Assembly (NCBI GenBank): GCA_951804945.1
Contig: OX638162.1
Coordinates: forward strand, 10,726,001-10,790,000
Origin: Podarcis cretensis
Lineage: Eukaryota
Reading direction: 5' to 3'
Length of the DNA stretch: 64,000 bases
Positions 25,901-40,500 of this stretch are shown here, one piece after another; within the stretch, counting starts at the first letter, position 1, and each line of letters starts with the position of its first letter. Position numbers and translations under genes: made by a program. The notes beneath the pieces were generated by a model that searched no databases, had not been told where the DNA came from, and saw only the letters and a program-made list of their open reading frames with translations.

Positions 25901-28900
25901 GGCTTTCTGAAATTTGTCCACACATACAGGAAATAAAATGCAGATATGGAGGAAAAAGAAAATTAGACGCAATTAACTCAGGATCTCCCCCTTTCTTTTG
26001 GCTAGACATTTTATACCTTCCATCTGCAGCTGCAGTCTTCTGTGCAGCTGCCAGTTTTCCAAGCTCTCCTTGGGACATTGTTTTTTGAAGAGTTGTTTGG
26101 CCTTCACTTGAAGAGAAGCGCTGTAGCAGCTGCAACAATTAGAAGCACAATAAATACTTCAGAACCCACAAGGTCGCTGGATATTGTAAGGATACACAAA
26201 CATCTTACAACGGTGTAGATATTTAAGCTGCTGCAGAGAATACAACTCACTCTGAAAAATATACTTGGAGGAAAAATTCTTTGCCTTGACTTCTGCTTGG
26301 TTGCCAAAGAACCAGCTATATAAGGAAAACATCTACAGGTCCCTTGTTACAGAGGAAAGGAATATGTAGTACATCAGTCGCCTGCCACTATTGGCTCAGA
26401 AAGTCAATAGCAAAGAAAACAGCAAGGAGCTCCATGTTTATTTTCTGTCTGATGTATTTTCGGAAGCTGCCAGATGGTGCCTGTGGACTCCAGTTATGCT
26501 TCCGAAAATGCTTCACACCCTCTTTATAAGATGTGATTATGGATTATGGTAGAGAGGTTTGCTATAGCAACTTTTCCAGGCACAGCAAGGTTGGGGGGGA
26601 GTGTCTAGCAGTTTACTGGAAATTCAGATATGAGAAATGAACACAAAGCAGTTTATTGGAAATGATTTTTCCCCCTGATGAGATTGAGTGTAGGGCTAGA
26701 TAAGGGAAAGGAAGGGAGAGGAGCTGGAGTCCTCACTACAGTCAAAATCAGTGGCCTGTGAATTTTCAGTTTCAACAGTAACATGGAAGAAATAGTAACA
26801 TTGCTAAAGAACAACAATAAAATAATGCCCCACTCTCCCTTTTCTTGACTTAATAGTGGACTCAGGCCAGGTGAGACCTGCAGGCAGAAGTTCACGGTGC
26901 ATAGCTCTTGAATAGATACATGTATGAATCAGCAACAAGACATAGCTAGCCTGTCTGTCCTCCCAGAGTTGCTATATGCACTGCCTTGTCCCATGAACTT
27001 AACTTGGTTTAATAAGATGATACAAGAACAAGACTTGTACTTGTGCCTGAGAAAAGACTGGCTGGAGCAGACCAAAGATCTATCTGGCCCAACATCTTGT
27101 TTGCCATTGTGGCCAACGAGATGCCTCTGGGAAGACCAGAAGTAGGATGCGAGAGCAAAAGCCCTCTCCTGTGGTTGTTCCCCGTGGCCCTCACAATGAG
27201 TAGTCACTACAAGTCTTAGCCTCCATTCATTTCTCCAATTCCCTTTTAAAGTCAGCTAAGCTGGTGGGCGTCCCCACGTCATGTGGTGGCAAAAGCAATA
27301 GATTTTTGTGTGAAGTAGTATTTTCTCCCTGTAAGTCCCAGATTTCTCACCATTCAGCTTCACTGGATGACCCTGGGGTCTAGTATTACAAGGGGGAAAT
27401 AAATCACTCTCGTCTTCCTCCACACTTACCACTATCATACTTTTCTCACTCACATTTTAAAAAGAAAGTAAAGATCCCCAAACATGATAACCTTTCCATA
27501 TAGAGAAATTGCCCACAATTTTTTGAGCTTTTCTACACCTTTCCCAGTTCTAAAATATCATCTTTGAACTGTGGTAACCAGAACTGTACACAGTAATCCA
27601 AGTGTGATCACGTGTGAAAAGCCAGAAAGTCTTCAGTCAACTAAAGTTTCCCAGGGCATTTGAAACAAGGAACAATAGTTACCCAATTCAGAAAAGCCAG
27701 CATCTTTAACTACTTATTAAAGTCGTTTTTTGCCTGAAGTACAGTATAACACCAGGAATTATCCTACTGATGCTTAAACTGTCAAGCAAGTGAGCAGTTG
27801 TGTTGCCTAGCGACCACTCAGAATGCTTTGATTCTTCAATCCAGAGCTCTGATTGGCTGTGTGGTTGTGAAGGAGTTTTTCCCTTGTATAGTTGCTCTGG
27901 ACCAGGCCTGAACTCTTTTTCTCCAAATATTATATAATGTACTGTAGATATAATATTATACACTGCTTTTGTTCCATTTACTCTCTGTAAAATTGTAGAG
28001 TAAGCCTGTAATTTATGGACATTTAACTCGTGTGCATTCTGCTTTATGTGTTTGGCAAAAAAGACGAATTATAGTTGTTGTTGTTTAAAAAAATAAATTA
28101 AAAGGGGAGTGGAGAGGAGGTGGGTGTCTGGGGAAAAAGATTTGCACAATTCAACCCCCCACTGAACCCAATATGCTTTGACTATACATAATTTTGGCTT
28201 TGGGTGCGATTTCCGGTATGTAACCCCCTGCAAGTTGTGTATTTACTGTAAAGGCAAAGGTAAAGGTAAAGGGACCCCTGACCATTAGGTCATCTCGCTT
28301 TACTGGCCGAGGGAGCCGACATACAGCTTCTGGGTCATGTGGCCAGCATGACTAAGCCGCTTCTGGCGAACCAGAGCAGCGCACGGAAACGCCGTTTACC
28401 TTCCCGCCAGAGCGGTACCTATTTATCTGCTTGCACTTTGACGTACTTTCGAACTGCTAGGTTGGCAGGAGCAGGGACCGAGCAATGGGAGCTCACCCCA
28501 TCGCGGGGATTCGAACTGCCAACCTTCTGATCAGCAAGTCCTAAGCTCTGTGGTTTAACCCACAGCGCCACCCGCGTTCCAGTGTGCATTTACTGTCCCA
28601 GTTTCTTTTCTCTCTTGATTCCATCAGATTTATTTCAGTCAGTCTGCTAACAGTTTTAGGATCCTGGCTTGTTGCAAACCTAGCAACCATAATTTCCCAA
28701 GGGATCTGGTCTGTCAAGTCACAAGAGTCATGACATTGCCCTCATGCAAAAAGGGGTTCATTGGGGCTTCGATGTGTAGAAGGCGGAACAGGAAAATTGT
28801 TTGTTTCCCCTCCTTCTTGCTAGACAGGGGCCAAAGGGTTTTGGGTACTTAGCTGTGCCTGATGCAACACCTTTACCATGAGCAAAGAAGATGCCGCATC

Positions 28901-31900
28901 AGTGTAAACATTTGTAAGCTTAAACAAAACCCAGCAAGCACCTCCTGGCCCCTTAAACATTAACACATTCTTATTGTGAATTAGCTTTGGTAGACAAGCT
29001 CAACATACTTTATTGCAGGTGTGGGGAACCTTTGGCCCTCCTGATGATGCTGAATTGCAACTACAGTCATCCCCAGCCAGCATGGCCAATGGCCAGTGGT
29101 GATGGGAGCAACATCTGGAGAGTCAAAGATTCCACACACCTGCTTTATCGGATGGACTATGAATGACTATAAGGACTTCAGTCAGTTAAGTTTTACATTT
29201 CAAAGCTAATTCAATATTCTCAAGTGGAATATTGCATACCACTATCATACTTTTCTCACTCACATTTTAAAAAGAAAGTAAAGATCCCCAAAGGGACGCA
29301 GGTGGCGCTGTGGGTTAAAGCCTCAGCACCTAGGACTTGCCGATCGAAAGGTCGGCGGTTTGAATCCCTGCGGCGGGGTGCGCTCCCGCTGCTCGGTCCC
29401 AGCGCCTGCCAACCTAGCAGTTCGAAAGCACCTCCGGGTGCAAGTAGATAAATAGGGACCGCTTACCAGCGGGAAGGTAAACGGCGTTTCCGTGTGCGGC
29501 TCTGGCTCTGGCTCTGGCCAGAGCAGCGATGTCACGCTGGCCACGTGACTCGGAAATGTCTCCGGACAGCGCTGGCCCCTGGCCTCTTAAGTGAGATGGG
29601 CGCACAACCCCAGAGTCTGTCAAGACTGGCCCGTATGGGCAGGGGTACCTTTACCTTTACCTTTAAAGATCCCCAAATATCATAACTTTTCCATATAGAG
29701 AAATTGCCCACAATTTTTTGAGTTTTTCTACACCTTTTCCAGTTCTAAAATATCATCTTTGAACTGCGGTAACCAGTACTGTACACAGCAGTCCAAGTGT
29801 GATCACTTGTGAAAAGCCAGAAAGTCTTCAGTCAACTACAGTTTCCCACTGCATTTGAAACAAGGAACTATAGTTACCCAATTCAGAAAAGCCAGCATCT
29901 TTAACTACTTATTGAAGTCGTTTTTTGCCTGAAGTACAGTATAACACCAGGAATTATCCTACTGATGCTTAAACTGTCAAGCAAGTGAGCAGTTGTGTTG
30001 CTTAGCGACCACTCAGAATGCTTTGATTCTTCAATCTAGAGCTCTGATTGGCTGCGTGGTTGTGAAGGAGTTTTTCCCTTGTATAGCTGTGCTCTGGACC
30101 AGGCCTGAACTCTATTGAGAGCCAGTGTGGTGTAGTGGTTAAGAGCAGTAGATTCGTAATCTGGGGAACCGGGTTCGCGTCTCTGCTCCTCCACCTGCAG
30201 CTGCTGGGTGACCTTGGGCTAGTCACACTTCTTTGAAGTCTCTCAGCTTCTCAAGTGGAAAAAAATTAATAACGACTCTAAAAGAACGCTCCAGAAATTT
30301 AAAGAAAAATTTAAACTTGTTTAAAAGAAGTTCAACCACTTATATGTAATACTGTTCTTTCCTTTGGAGAAGAACCATTGTTTGGTGATAAAATCACTGC
30401 TTGGCACACAGGTTTAATCTCTGGTATCTCCAATTAAAACTATCAGGTAGATGGTGATGGGAGAAGAGACCCTTATCTTGAGATTCTGGAGAACCTCTTA
30501 TTAGCCAGTGCTATAAGGCAGATTCCAACTTATTATATTCCACATACACTTGCCAAAATATCCAAGCTTATTCCCAGCTTAAATTCTGAGTAACTGTATT
30601 CATTTCTCAGTTATTCATATACACTAACAGGGGAAATCGCAAAGGAGAAGAATATATGAGGAAATACGAGGATATATGATAGCCATCTTCAAATATCTCA
30701 AGGGCTGTGACTTGGAAGATGAAGCAAGCTTGCTTTCTCCTGCTCTGGAGCGTAGGACTCTAACCAATGGCTTCAAATTACAAAACAAGGGGATTCCGAC
30801 TAAACATTAATAAGAACTTTCTGACAGTAAGAGCTGTTCAATAGTGGAACAGTCTCCCTTGGGAGGCTGTGGAGGTTTTTAAGCAGTGGTTTGATGCCCC
30901 TCTGTCATAGATGTTTGAGCTGAGATTCCTGCCTATCAGGGGGTTGGTCTAGATCAGTGTTTCCCAACCTTGTGCCTCCAGCTGTTTCTGGACTACAATT
31001 CCCATCATCCCTTGCCACTGGTCTTGCTAGTCAGGGATGATGGGAGTTGTAGTTCAAAAACAGCTGGAGGCACAAGGTTGGGAAACACTGGTCTAGATGA
31101 CCCTTGGGTCCCTTCCAACTCTACAATTCTATGAAATCCAAAGTGATAATCATGGAGAAGTATGTATGGGTTTATAAAAACTTCTTGAAGTGTGTGGCTG
31201 GAATGCAACCTATTGTGCAAAAGTAAGAGTCATATCTTTTGCTCTGCTCACTTTTGGCCTTTGGTTCTGCCCGCCACTGGCATTGTGGCCCCAGAAGGTT
31301 GTCCATGAGGGAATGTGGCTCCTGGGTTGAACAATGCTCCCTACCAGTGGTGCACAAGTACAATCTACCCAGCTTTGCTATAGCAACCGAACATTTGAAG
31401 TAGGAGAAAACACCATGGCTGTAATGCAGTAGAAGATAAAAGAACCATATAGCTTCACTATATCTGTAACTAAGAATGGTTTCACTATAGATATTATTGC
31501 TTTGCTGACATCTTTGGAAAAATAGCAGGCTAGTGAAATGCGATCATACTTTGTGAGAAGATGAACTGCAACCTCTGCTTGCACCTCCAACTGCAGCCAA
31601 AAGAGAGATTTGGAAGGATAAAATGTTAATCTCCCAACTTCTCTATGTCCTGAAATTTTTTCAGAAGCTTCAGAACTATAAATCACAATAAACTATGTAC
31701 ACCACTTAGAGATGAATATATTGTTGAAATAAATAAAAGATTTTAAAAGAACCTGTAGTCATGCCTGTCAGCATAAATATCCAACACAGCATGAGACTAG
31801 AAAAGTTTCCTGCTACATAAAAAAATGTTTCTTTGTCCTAAACTTGAGATTGATCTCCCAACCACACAAGTAAGTTATTCAAAAAAGGATGTCATTTCTG

Positions 31901-34492
31901 CTGCAGAACTCATAAAAGCTATAAAATGAGACTTTGTGCTGTTCAATGCAGAGAACCATTAACTTCATTTTTTAAAAAACATGTTTCTACTTATATTCAT
32001 GTATATGTTGCTGTGCGACATTTATCACTGTCCAGGAACAGATTTAAGTTCTTTTGTGCAGTGGTGCATCATGATCTGCTTTGCCACGGCCAGTTAGCCA
32101 AGCTAGTCAGCAGTAGAAGGACTGTCACTTAATCAGATTTTATAAATCAATGCTATGCTAGTATTTGTATTCTATTTGCACTGTAAATGTATTTCACAAA
32201 AAATAAATGGTATTGGGGAAAGGTGGTGGAAGTTGGTGGTTGGTTATTCTCTTAGCTGATTCTTTGCCTGAGAACATGGGAGTGTGGTGACTTCAAGCAG
32301 ACACTGTCTGGAGGAGTTTGTGAGGACAGGCAAGCTAAGGATTAATAACTTATGTTATTAAGGAGTTTTGAAAACAAAAGAGACTAAACCCTCTCTTAGG
32401 CTCAAGGGAGAGAAGCACATTGTATTCATTAATATATATACAGTCGTACCTTGGAAGTCGAATTCCGAAACATTCGAAAACCAAATCGCGGCTTCAGATT
32501 GCCTGCAGGAAGCTCCTGCAGCCAATCAGAAACCGTGGAACCTGTCAGACGTTCAGGTTTCAAAAGAATGTTCATAAACCGGAGCAATCACTTCCAGGTT
32601 TGTGGCATTCAGGAGCCAAAACGTCAGAGTTCCAGGGCATTCACTATCCAAGGTACGACTGTATATGAATAATACTTGTTGTTCAACTGTTGCTAACCTG
32701 TCAAGTCTTCTGCAAGGCGCTTATTTTATCACAAATAGCTAACACGCTATGCCTAAGATTGCTTTAATGCACTCAAAAGCCTGTGACTAATGCACAACAC
32801 TGGGAAAACATTGACTTTCAGGGCTTTTGTTCACTAATAACCAACTGGTGCAGAGGCGATAACCTACTTTCTTTCTTTCATAAAATCAATCAACTCTGCA
32901 TATAGTCAGGCTGCCTGACTTGCCTGCTTCTTTTACTGGATGCTCAAGCTAAATACCTTATATATATGCCAGTGTCCTTTCCTATATCCACTGCTGTACT
33001 GAAGGTTGCTTTATTATTACTTGAGATTAAAACGCAGCCTCTGCAAAGGGTAGCCATTAACATCTGAATACTAATGAACCACTTCCACCCTCCGAAGTTA
33101 GCAAACCGGCACATCACGGCTCTGCTTTACGCAGACGACGCGGTAATACTATCCAGAACCCCTATAGGGCTTAGAAGAGCACTAAGAAAATTTGCTGCCT
33201 ATTGTGAGACGGAATGCCTCAAAATAAATTATCAGAAAACCAAAATTCTTGCTATTGGGGAAAACCCAAATCTCAGAAACTGGAAACTTCAAGGCCAAAA
33301 TATAGAACAAGTCTCGAACTACAAATATTTAGGAATGGCGGTCCAGGTATCAGAATCCAACAAAATTCATATTAACTCAAATGGGTGTGCTGGAGAAAGA
33401 TCTGCAAATGCTATTTTTAATTTTTTTAGAACTCAAGGGGGTTTTTATGTCCCCATGACACTAAAATTATATAAAGCCAAAACGTTGGCACAGCTCCTTT
33501 ACGGATCCTTTCTGGGCCCACCTTCCTCCTCGTGTACATTCCCCTTGAAAGAGTGAAATCCAAACTCCTCAGAGCCCTTCTACAAGTTCCCAGATGTGTT
33601 TTCAAATGCATAGGTCAGACTAGAAACAGGGATGATGAAAGTCGAAGCTCATATTAGTCTAATATCAATATATAAGCGGCTAACTTTGAAACTGCTCCCC
33701 AAAGGAATAGCCCCATTGATTCTCAGCAACCAGTTTCATTCTGGCTGGCAGACAGCAGTTCTAAACACTCTTCAGAAACTGGGCTTTGCTCCCCAAACCC
33801 TCATAACTATGGGCCTGGGCCAAGCTAGATCCGTGGTCAAGCAAAGAATCATGGAAATAAAGAGACAACAGGACTGTACAAGGGTCCCCGATTATAAAAT
33901 CATAAAAAATGGGAGATATGTAGCCACTCCAGCAACATATCTCTATTTCCTCGCATCCAGAAATGCAAGAAGGGCTTTCACTCTTGTTAGAAGCTCGGTC
34001 TTGCCCTCACCGGTTCTGGAAGGCTCCTATGGAAGTGTCCCGTACGCACAGAGACTTTGCGCCTGCCCATTAGGGGAAATAGGAAGCCCCAAACATATAT
34101 TTTTTAGATGTCCTTTTTATGCTGAGATTTGTAGAGAAACCACTGACCCTTTGCTGAAGATGCTCGCCGATCTTCCAGACAAGTCTACACTTAATTCTCT
34201 CCTCTTAGGCAAGGTCACAAGACGACCTGGCTGGTAGCCAGATTCTGCGCCCAGATTTGTAGGCACAGATCATCCTCTAGAATAAAATAGCTTACTAGGG
34301 AAAAGCTGAAGTTGCCCTTTGGGACGCCTCAGGATCAATTTTTATGGTAGCCCAAATCTCAGTTGTACGGGTGTATGTATATATTTAAATTTTAACTCGC
34401 AAGCTATTGCTGCAATCTGCTCAAATTGTATATTTTATCTTTATGAACGCTGTCATTATTGTGTTATGCGAGCTGGTCTTTGACTGTAATAA

Positions 34493-34535
<43 letters not shown>

Positions 34536-37500
34536 CTACTAATGAACCACAGGAAAATTGATCAAATACCCTACTCTAACTAGCCAGATTAGAAAGAGAA
34601 ACTGGCCCCAATGGTCAAAAACTACCAACTTTAGGAAAGCAGGAACTTAAGTCCAGTGAAACTAAATATATGTTAGGAATATTCACACGTCCAGCTTTAA
34701 ATGCCTATGCAGTATGCTTATACACATGGATATGGCATACCTATGTACATGTTTATACAGTTTTTATATATAACAACGGGAATGTAATTCAGCATAAGCT
34801 AAAAAGCAGAGCTTGATGGTGCAAGCAGCTGCCCCAAAGTAGGTGTGCCAAACTACCAGCGAGAAAGCTTGTGAAGCCCCAAGGGCAGCGTAGGAAGAAA
34901 GAGAATATCAAATGAGATGAGAGTTTAGGACTACTTGCATGCAAATGAAATCTGTTAAACTATGGCAGTGGAATCAGAGGAGCATTTTGAAAAGTGGCAT
35001 GAATGGGACTCCTTCCGAGGATGGAACTCTCCAAGCAAACAGTAAGCCCAGCACCCTTTGCACCTACGCAGTGATTCCCAGTGTGAAAAGCTTTACTGAT
35101 AGTCAAACTAGTGATTTGTAACAAGGTAAACCTCCAAGAACATAGCACATTTCCTGTGTGCACAAAGGAGAAAGCTTAAAGCTACTTCACTACCCTCTCA
35201 CTGGGCTCTTCATAACAATCTGTGTAAAAACCACAAGAAGTGAATCAATGAAGATGCTAACCAGCTGCTCTGGTAGCAATGTTGTAACACAACTATATCC
35301 CCAAAGTTTTCAAAATAAGTTCTCTTGAGAAGCCACTATGCTATGGCTTTGAGTACTTAAAAGCAATCATTGCCTTGAAGGCTAGTTAATGAATATGAAC
35401 TTCAGGGAATTAGGAAATGGCTGTTCCATATAAACAGTTCTACCGCCACTTTTAGAGGGACACGTTGCCTTATTCTTTTCCAGTTTCCCTGAGGAACAGG
35501 CATGGTCATTTATTGTACTCTAAATCTGGAAGGCAGACCACTTCTCAGTAATATTTGTCTATTTCATTTGATAGTCCATTGCCTGTTCAAAGTATTTCTG
35601 TTTAACAGTGTTTTTAGAAAATTAATTTCATTCAGTCTTGGTCACTGCACTGCATTTTAGGATTTTACCATTTTATGAGGTTTTAATGATTTCATTTGTA
35701 CTGAAACATGATATTTATGAGCGGGCGGATTATGAATAAGATAAAATAAATGTGTCAGGGATGTAAAGCAGATTGTGCTCCAACCAGAAGGGTGCCTACA
35801 AGAGCAATCAGTTTTTCTTTGAAGGATAGGCATGAATGGCGGTCAAGAATGCCACTGGTGTGGGGGCTAATCATGTTCCCTGCAGCTGGTGATGCAACCA
35901 TTGCTCTTCAATAATGTACTTGCCAAAAAAAGAAAATAAAAGAATGTACACCAGCCCCTTCACCTGCAAATCTCCATAACTGGGCCATTGCAAGTCAGGA
36001 TGAAGTGTTGGAAACTTACAGAGAGAAACGACAATAGTCTAACTCAATATGGCTGCCCCATATTTCAGACCATCCCAAGAACTTGATGTAATCTGTGCTC
36101 TTTTTGACACCTGATTAAAACGTTTTTGTTTATCTGGACATGTAGAAGCTGAGATTAAAGCACATGTCTTTTTAGCCTACTGTTTGAATCGAATCTTCTG
36201 AATTACCCCTCTATTATTGTCCATGGCAGGTCGCTCAACCATCGCTGTGTCCTTTCTTTCAGCAGATCAAGATGATCAGGTGACAGCAAAAACTGCAAGG
36301 TTTTTAGTGGGGGCAATTAGAATAAGATTTATTATTTGATTATTGATATAAACCTCCAAAATATATTTTATGTACCGTAGTTAAGTTTTTACCTCTATCT
36401 TCAGTACATTTTATTTTATTGCTATGGCTAGTAGCTGATGCAAATAACGATTCTTCTCATTCTGATTCTTCTGAATGTTTTTAAGTATCTGTTTTTAACT
36501 ATTAAAGGATAATTTTTATGTTTAATTTTTATTTTTTGTAAACTGCTTAGAGGTTTTATTGCAACCAAGCAGTATATAAATACTGTTTAAAAAAAAGAGA
36601 AAATTGAAACATGCTTGTGACTATGTTCTCGGAGGTTACAGGCTACTACAAGAAGGGAGAAAGAGCAGTGGAAGGTGTCAGTACAGCTACTGGTTAGCCA
36701 AGAGATGCTCCCACACAGCTGTGTGTTGGATCAATTACCATTTCAGAGTCACTGTGACAGGGCTGCCCAAGTCTGGCTGCACAGCCGGGCTCAGGGTGAG
36801 AAGGTTGGTCAAGGGAGAGAAGGAATTCAAAACTGTCATCGTAATCCTCTTCCTCCGTATCCCCCTCCCAATCAGCAAAAGCACCTCTAGTCAAGAAATC
36901 AGAGCGTGTCCGTGCCATGCGGGCTTTCTTTTTATGGGCTGGTCTGGCAACCTGCTTGATACCAAACGATAAAACAAATAACATGAAAATGCTTTAAACA
37001 AACAAACAAAAAGGACAACAGGTGATTCTGCTGCTGTTTGAAGTCAAACAAAGGGGAACATGCAACCACAAGGATTTTAAAAAAAAAGCTAATTTCCAAA
37101 TGCAAGGGGTTTTTTAGGGGGGGTTAACAAGTTGGTAGTAAGCAACAAAAATGGACAGCACAAATAAAATGTATTGTAATGGAAGCCAATAAAAATAATG
37201 GGGGACGGGGGACGGGGACAGAAACAGACAGCACAATTGCTTTTGACACAGCTTATGTGAAGGGTCTATTCAGGGCAGGACTTGGACTCAGTTCTCATTG
37301 AGATGGTAATCCAGTGGCTGGGCTGGATTTCAGAGTGCAGGTGGGCACTTAGATGATTGAATGCTCTTCTTTTAAAAATATTCCCTCCATATAGAAAGCT
37401 AAATATTGGGGAGAATGGTCTTTGCCTAGCTTACATCCTGAATATGCTAGTTTTCTATGTGCACAGATTTGTTATTTTGAAGGACCATTCATTCATGTGA

Positions 37501-40500
37501 ATTCCCACCTGTAGCCTGAAGTAGTACAGTCCACAAACACCCTTACTACCTCAGTGAAAACCAAGCAAATGGTTTATCTTTGTATTGCTGTCTGTAGAGC
37601 ACTCTTAAACCTTGCAATTGCTTCCCTACTGATAAAATCCTGCTCCACCCCTTTACTCTCATATTATTAGGTAGCCAACAGAATAAAAAAATTCTACTGA
37701 AGAAATAAAAGGTTGTTGCGTACCTCTCCCCTACTTTGTCCAGAAACCTTTGATGGTTTTTTATGTTCTTCTTTTGGAAGCAATGGACATGCTGAAGATT
37801 CTTTGCTGAAACTAGAAAACATAATTATTGCAGATTGACCCACAACAGGTCCGATACATACTCCAGGATGCATAGTTTGGGAAAGGCACCTTCAAGTCAC
37901 ATACATTGTTATAATCCAGGGATGGAAACTCGGCCTTCCAATTGTTGCTAGACTTCAATTCTCATCAGCCTCAGCCAGCATGGCCAATCCTCAGGGCTGA
38001 TGGGAGTTGCATACCAACATTTGGAGGGCCACACTGTTTGCAACCCTGCTGAAATCCTTCCAATTATCCTGCTTGTAAAATAATCAGGATTATTACACCA
38101 TATTATGGGACAGGAGAGAGCTAAGATGGAATGGCTTGCTTGAGGCCACCAATTTAGTTCATGACAGAGCAAGATTTGAGCCCTCTGCTATTCATAGCAA
38201 AGCCTCTCGGCCAGTACTATACTATACCCCCAGTATCAGAAGTGTATAGCCAGTATCTGGGTAAAGTTTCTGAAACTGAAGATGACCAAATAAGAGGACA
38301 GGTGCTTCAGCACTCTGAATAAGTTCTTACACCTTCCTATGAATAGCAGAGACCTAGATTGTGGAAAATATAAAATATTGTAAATCAACTTAAGAAGCAT
38401 ACTTTATATAGGTTGAAGAAATTTAACTTTGGGGGTAGAATATTGATTTCTTAAGCACAGAGTAAATCAGTGAAATTCTTTCACATACACACTTCCCAAC
38501 ATCATCGCTTTCAATAGGTGTATATATAGACCCCTCTCCCCGTTAATACTGTTCTGGGTTGGAGGTAAGCCACACATGTTCCTGTGTAAATGTCAATATG
38601 CATACAAATGGAAAAGCCAGAATATATATGTATACTAAAAAGGAACACCACATAGTAAACAAAAGAAACAAATGCCATTTTGATGTTTGAATTTTTCCTG
38701 TGCATGATTTTTCTGGGGGAAGAATCCTTTGGTTTTCCTCCAAGCAGTTAATATTTCTAGGAGGGCTCAGGCCTTGTGAAAGTGAAAATGAAATAGAAAT
38801 ACTGCAACATCATACTCACTTAAGACCCACATGACTATCCTTTGGGGTAAAGAAAATAGAACCACCTCTAGTTTCATTAGAAGAGCTTTCAGTACCCTGG
38901 CGAGGAATTCGGGGCAACCTGAACCGTTTTTCTCTTGCAGGCAGATTGCTCGAGCCTTCTTGAGATCCAGCAGCCACTTGCAAGTTTAACTGATCTTCTC
39001 CAGCAGACTGCTGAACAACTGGGGTCTTGTCTTCCTTTCGTTCCAGGATCATGATGATAGTCTTTTCTTTCTGGGTCTTCTGGCAAGCAGGTGGGCTTCT
39101 TTTTGTTGTGACAGTAAGACCTTTAATATCTACCGTTGAAGTGGGCCCTGCACGTGTTGTAAGACAAGGCTCCTCTTTGCTCTGGGGACTCCCAATGAGG
39201 AGAGATTGAGGCTTGTCCGTTTTCTTTGGTGACCTGATAGAGGCTCCTTGAGAGGACTCCCTGACCCTGTTCTGCTGCTCAAAAACTTTACGCTGCTTCC
39301 CCAAAATTTCCTTCTGCTGTCGAATCTGCTCCATCATTTCTTTCTCGTTCTGCAGTTGCTTTTGTTTCTGGCGCTCTTCCTTCTCCACATTTAACTTCTC
39401 CAGCTTCTTGATAACTGGATCTGAAGATAGCATTTCTGAAGCAGGGCCTTCTTGTCCTCTGAAGGAAGGCTGACATTCCCCATGAAAGGTTCTGCTCTGC
39501 CCTGCCCCGTCCAGGTCAGTGGTATGCTTGGCTTCTGGGAACAAGAACTTCCCCCCTATTTCCATTCGCTTGTTCCTTAAATTGTTCTCTATAACTGACT
39601 GGCCAGCTCTGAGACTGTCCTGTGGCGGCAGGTAAAATGTAGGTAGGCTGCTTGAAATGAGTGGCTCTCTTGTGTGCAAGTTGTAGACAACGCCTTGAGA
39701 ATCGCAAACTGACCCATCTTTAGCAGCAAGGCACTCTGGTAATTCAGAGCTTGAGGCCAAACTTTTTCCACCCAACACATTTCTATTTACATCTGCATCA
39801 AGGATGGGGATGCATTTAACACTGTCAGATTTAGGGCTGTTTGGTAACGAGTTTCTGGGAACAGGCTCGTGCGGCAAGGTTGGGTCCTGCTTGCCCTTCT
39901 GAGTGTCTTCATGGCTCAGCATCTCTAGACTTCCCTGAGAGCTTTCACTCTCTGGAGTTCCCCTAGGAGATTGCGTGTCTTCAGAAATAATCTCTGGTGA
40001 CCACTGATGCTCTTCTGAGGGAGAAGCCCCACCAGTGGACCGAACCTTAAGCAATTCCAAACTAAATATTTCCTGTTCCAATTCACGCATCCGCCGGCTC
40101 TCTCGCTTTGCACGAACTCCTTTCTTCTGGTTGAGGTCTTCCAATGACTTGGGTCTCTCTCTCACAAGAACTTGCTCATCTATGCTCTCTCCACTCTGGC
40201 TGTTGGCTCTCTCATAGTGTTTGTACAATAAAGCCTCAGAATTATCCAAGGGATCAATCTGACCCACTCTGTTTTCAATCACTGACTTATGTTCTTCCAC
40301 AGCTTTCACTCGCTCTTCAAATGAACGATCCTCCCATTCAGAAGGATCTGAACCTGTAATATCCAGGTTGTCCCCTAGTGCAAGTCCACCCTCTTCTTTA
40401 ACTGCCAGTCCATTCCTCAATGGAGCCTCTCTTAAGCTTTGCTCCTTTAAAATCCTCAACCTTTTTTAAAAAGAAAGAAAAAAGAGATTTTAGAATTATT

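Noticed and set aside
30117-30200. tRNA gene
   Set aside because: No full cloverleaf; continues into SINE core sequence
33074-34237. Functional reverse transcriptase gene
   Set aside because: 5'-truncated, frameshifted LINE; the ORF start lies within the TSD
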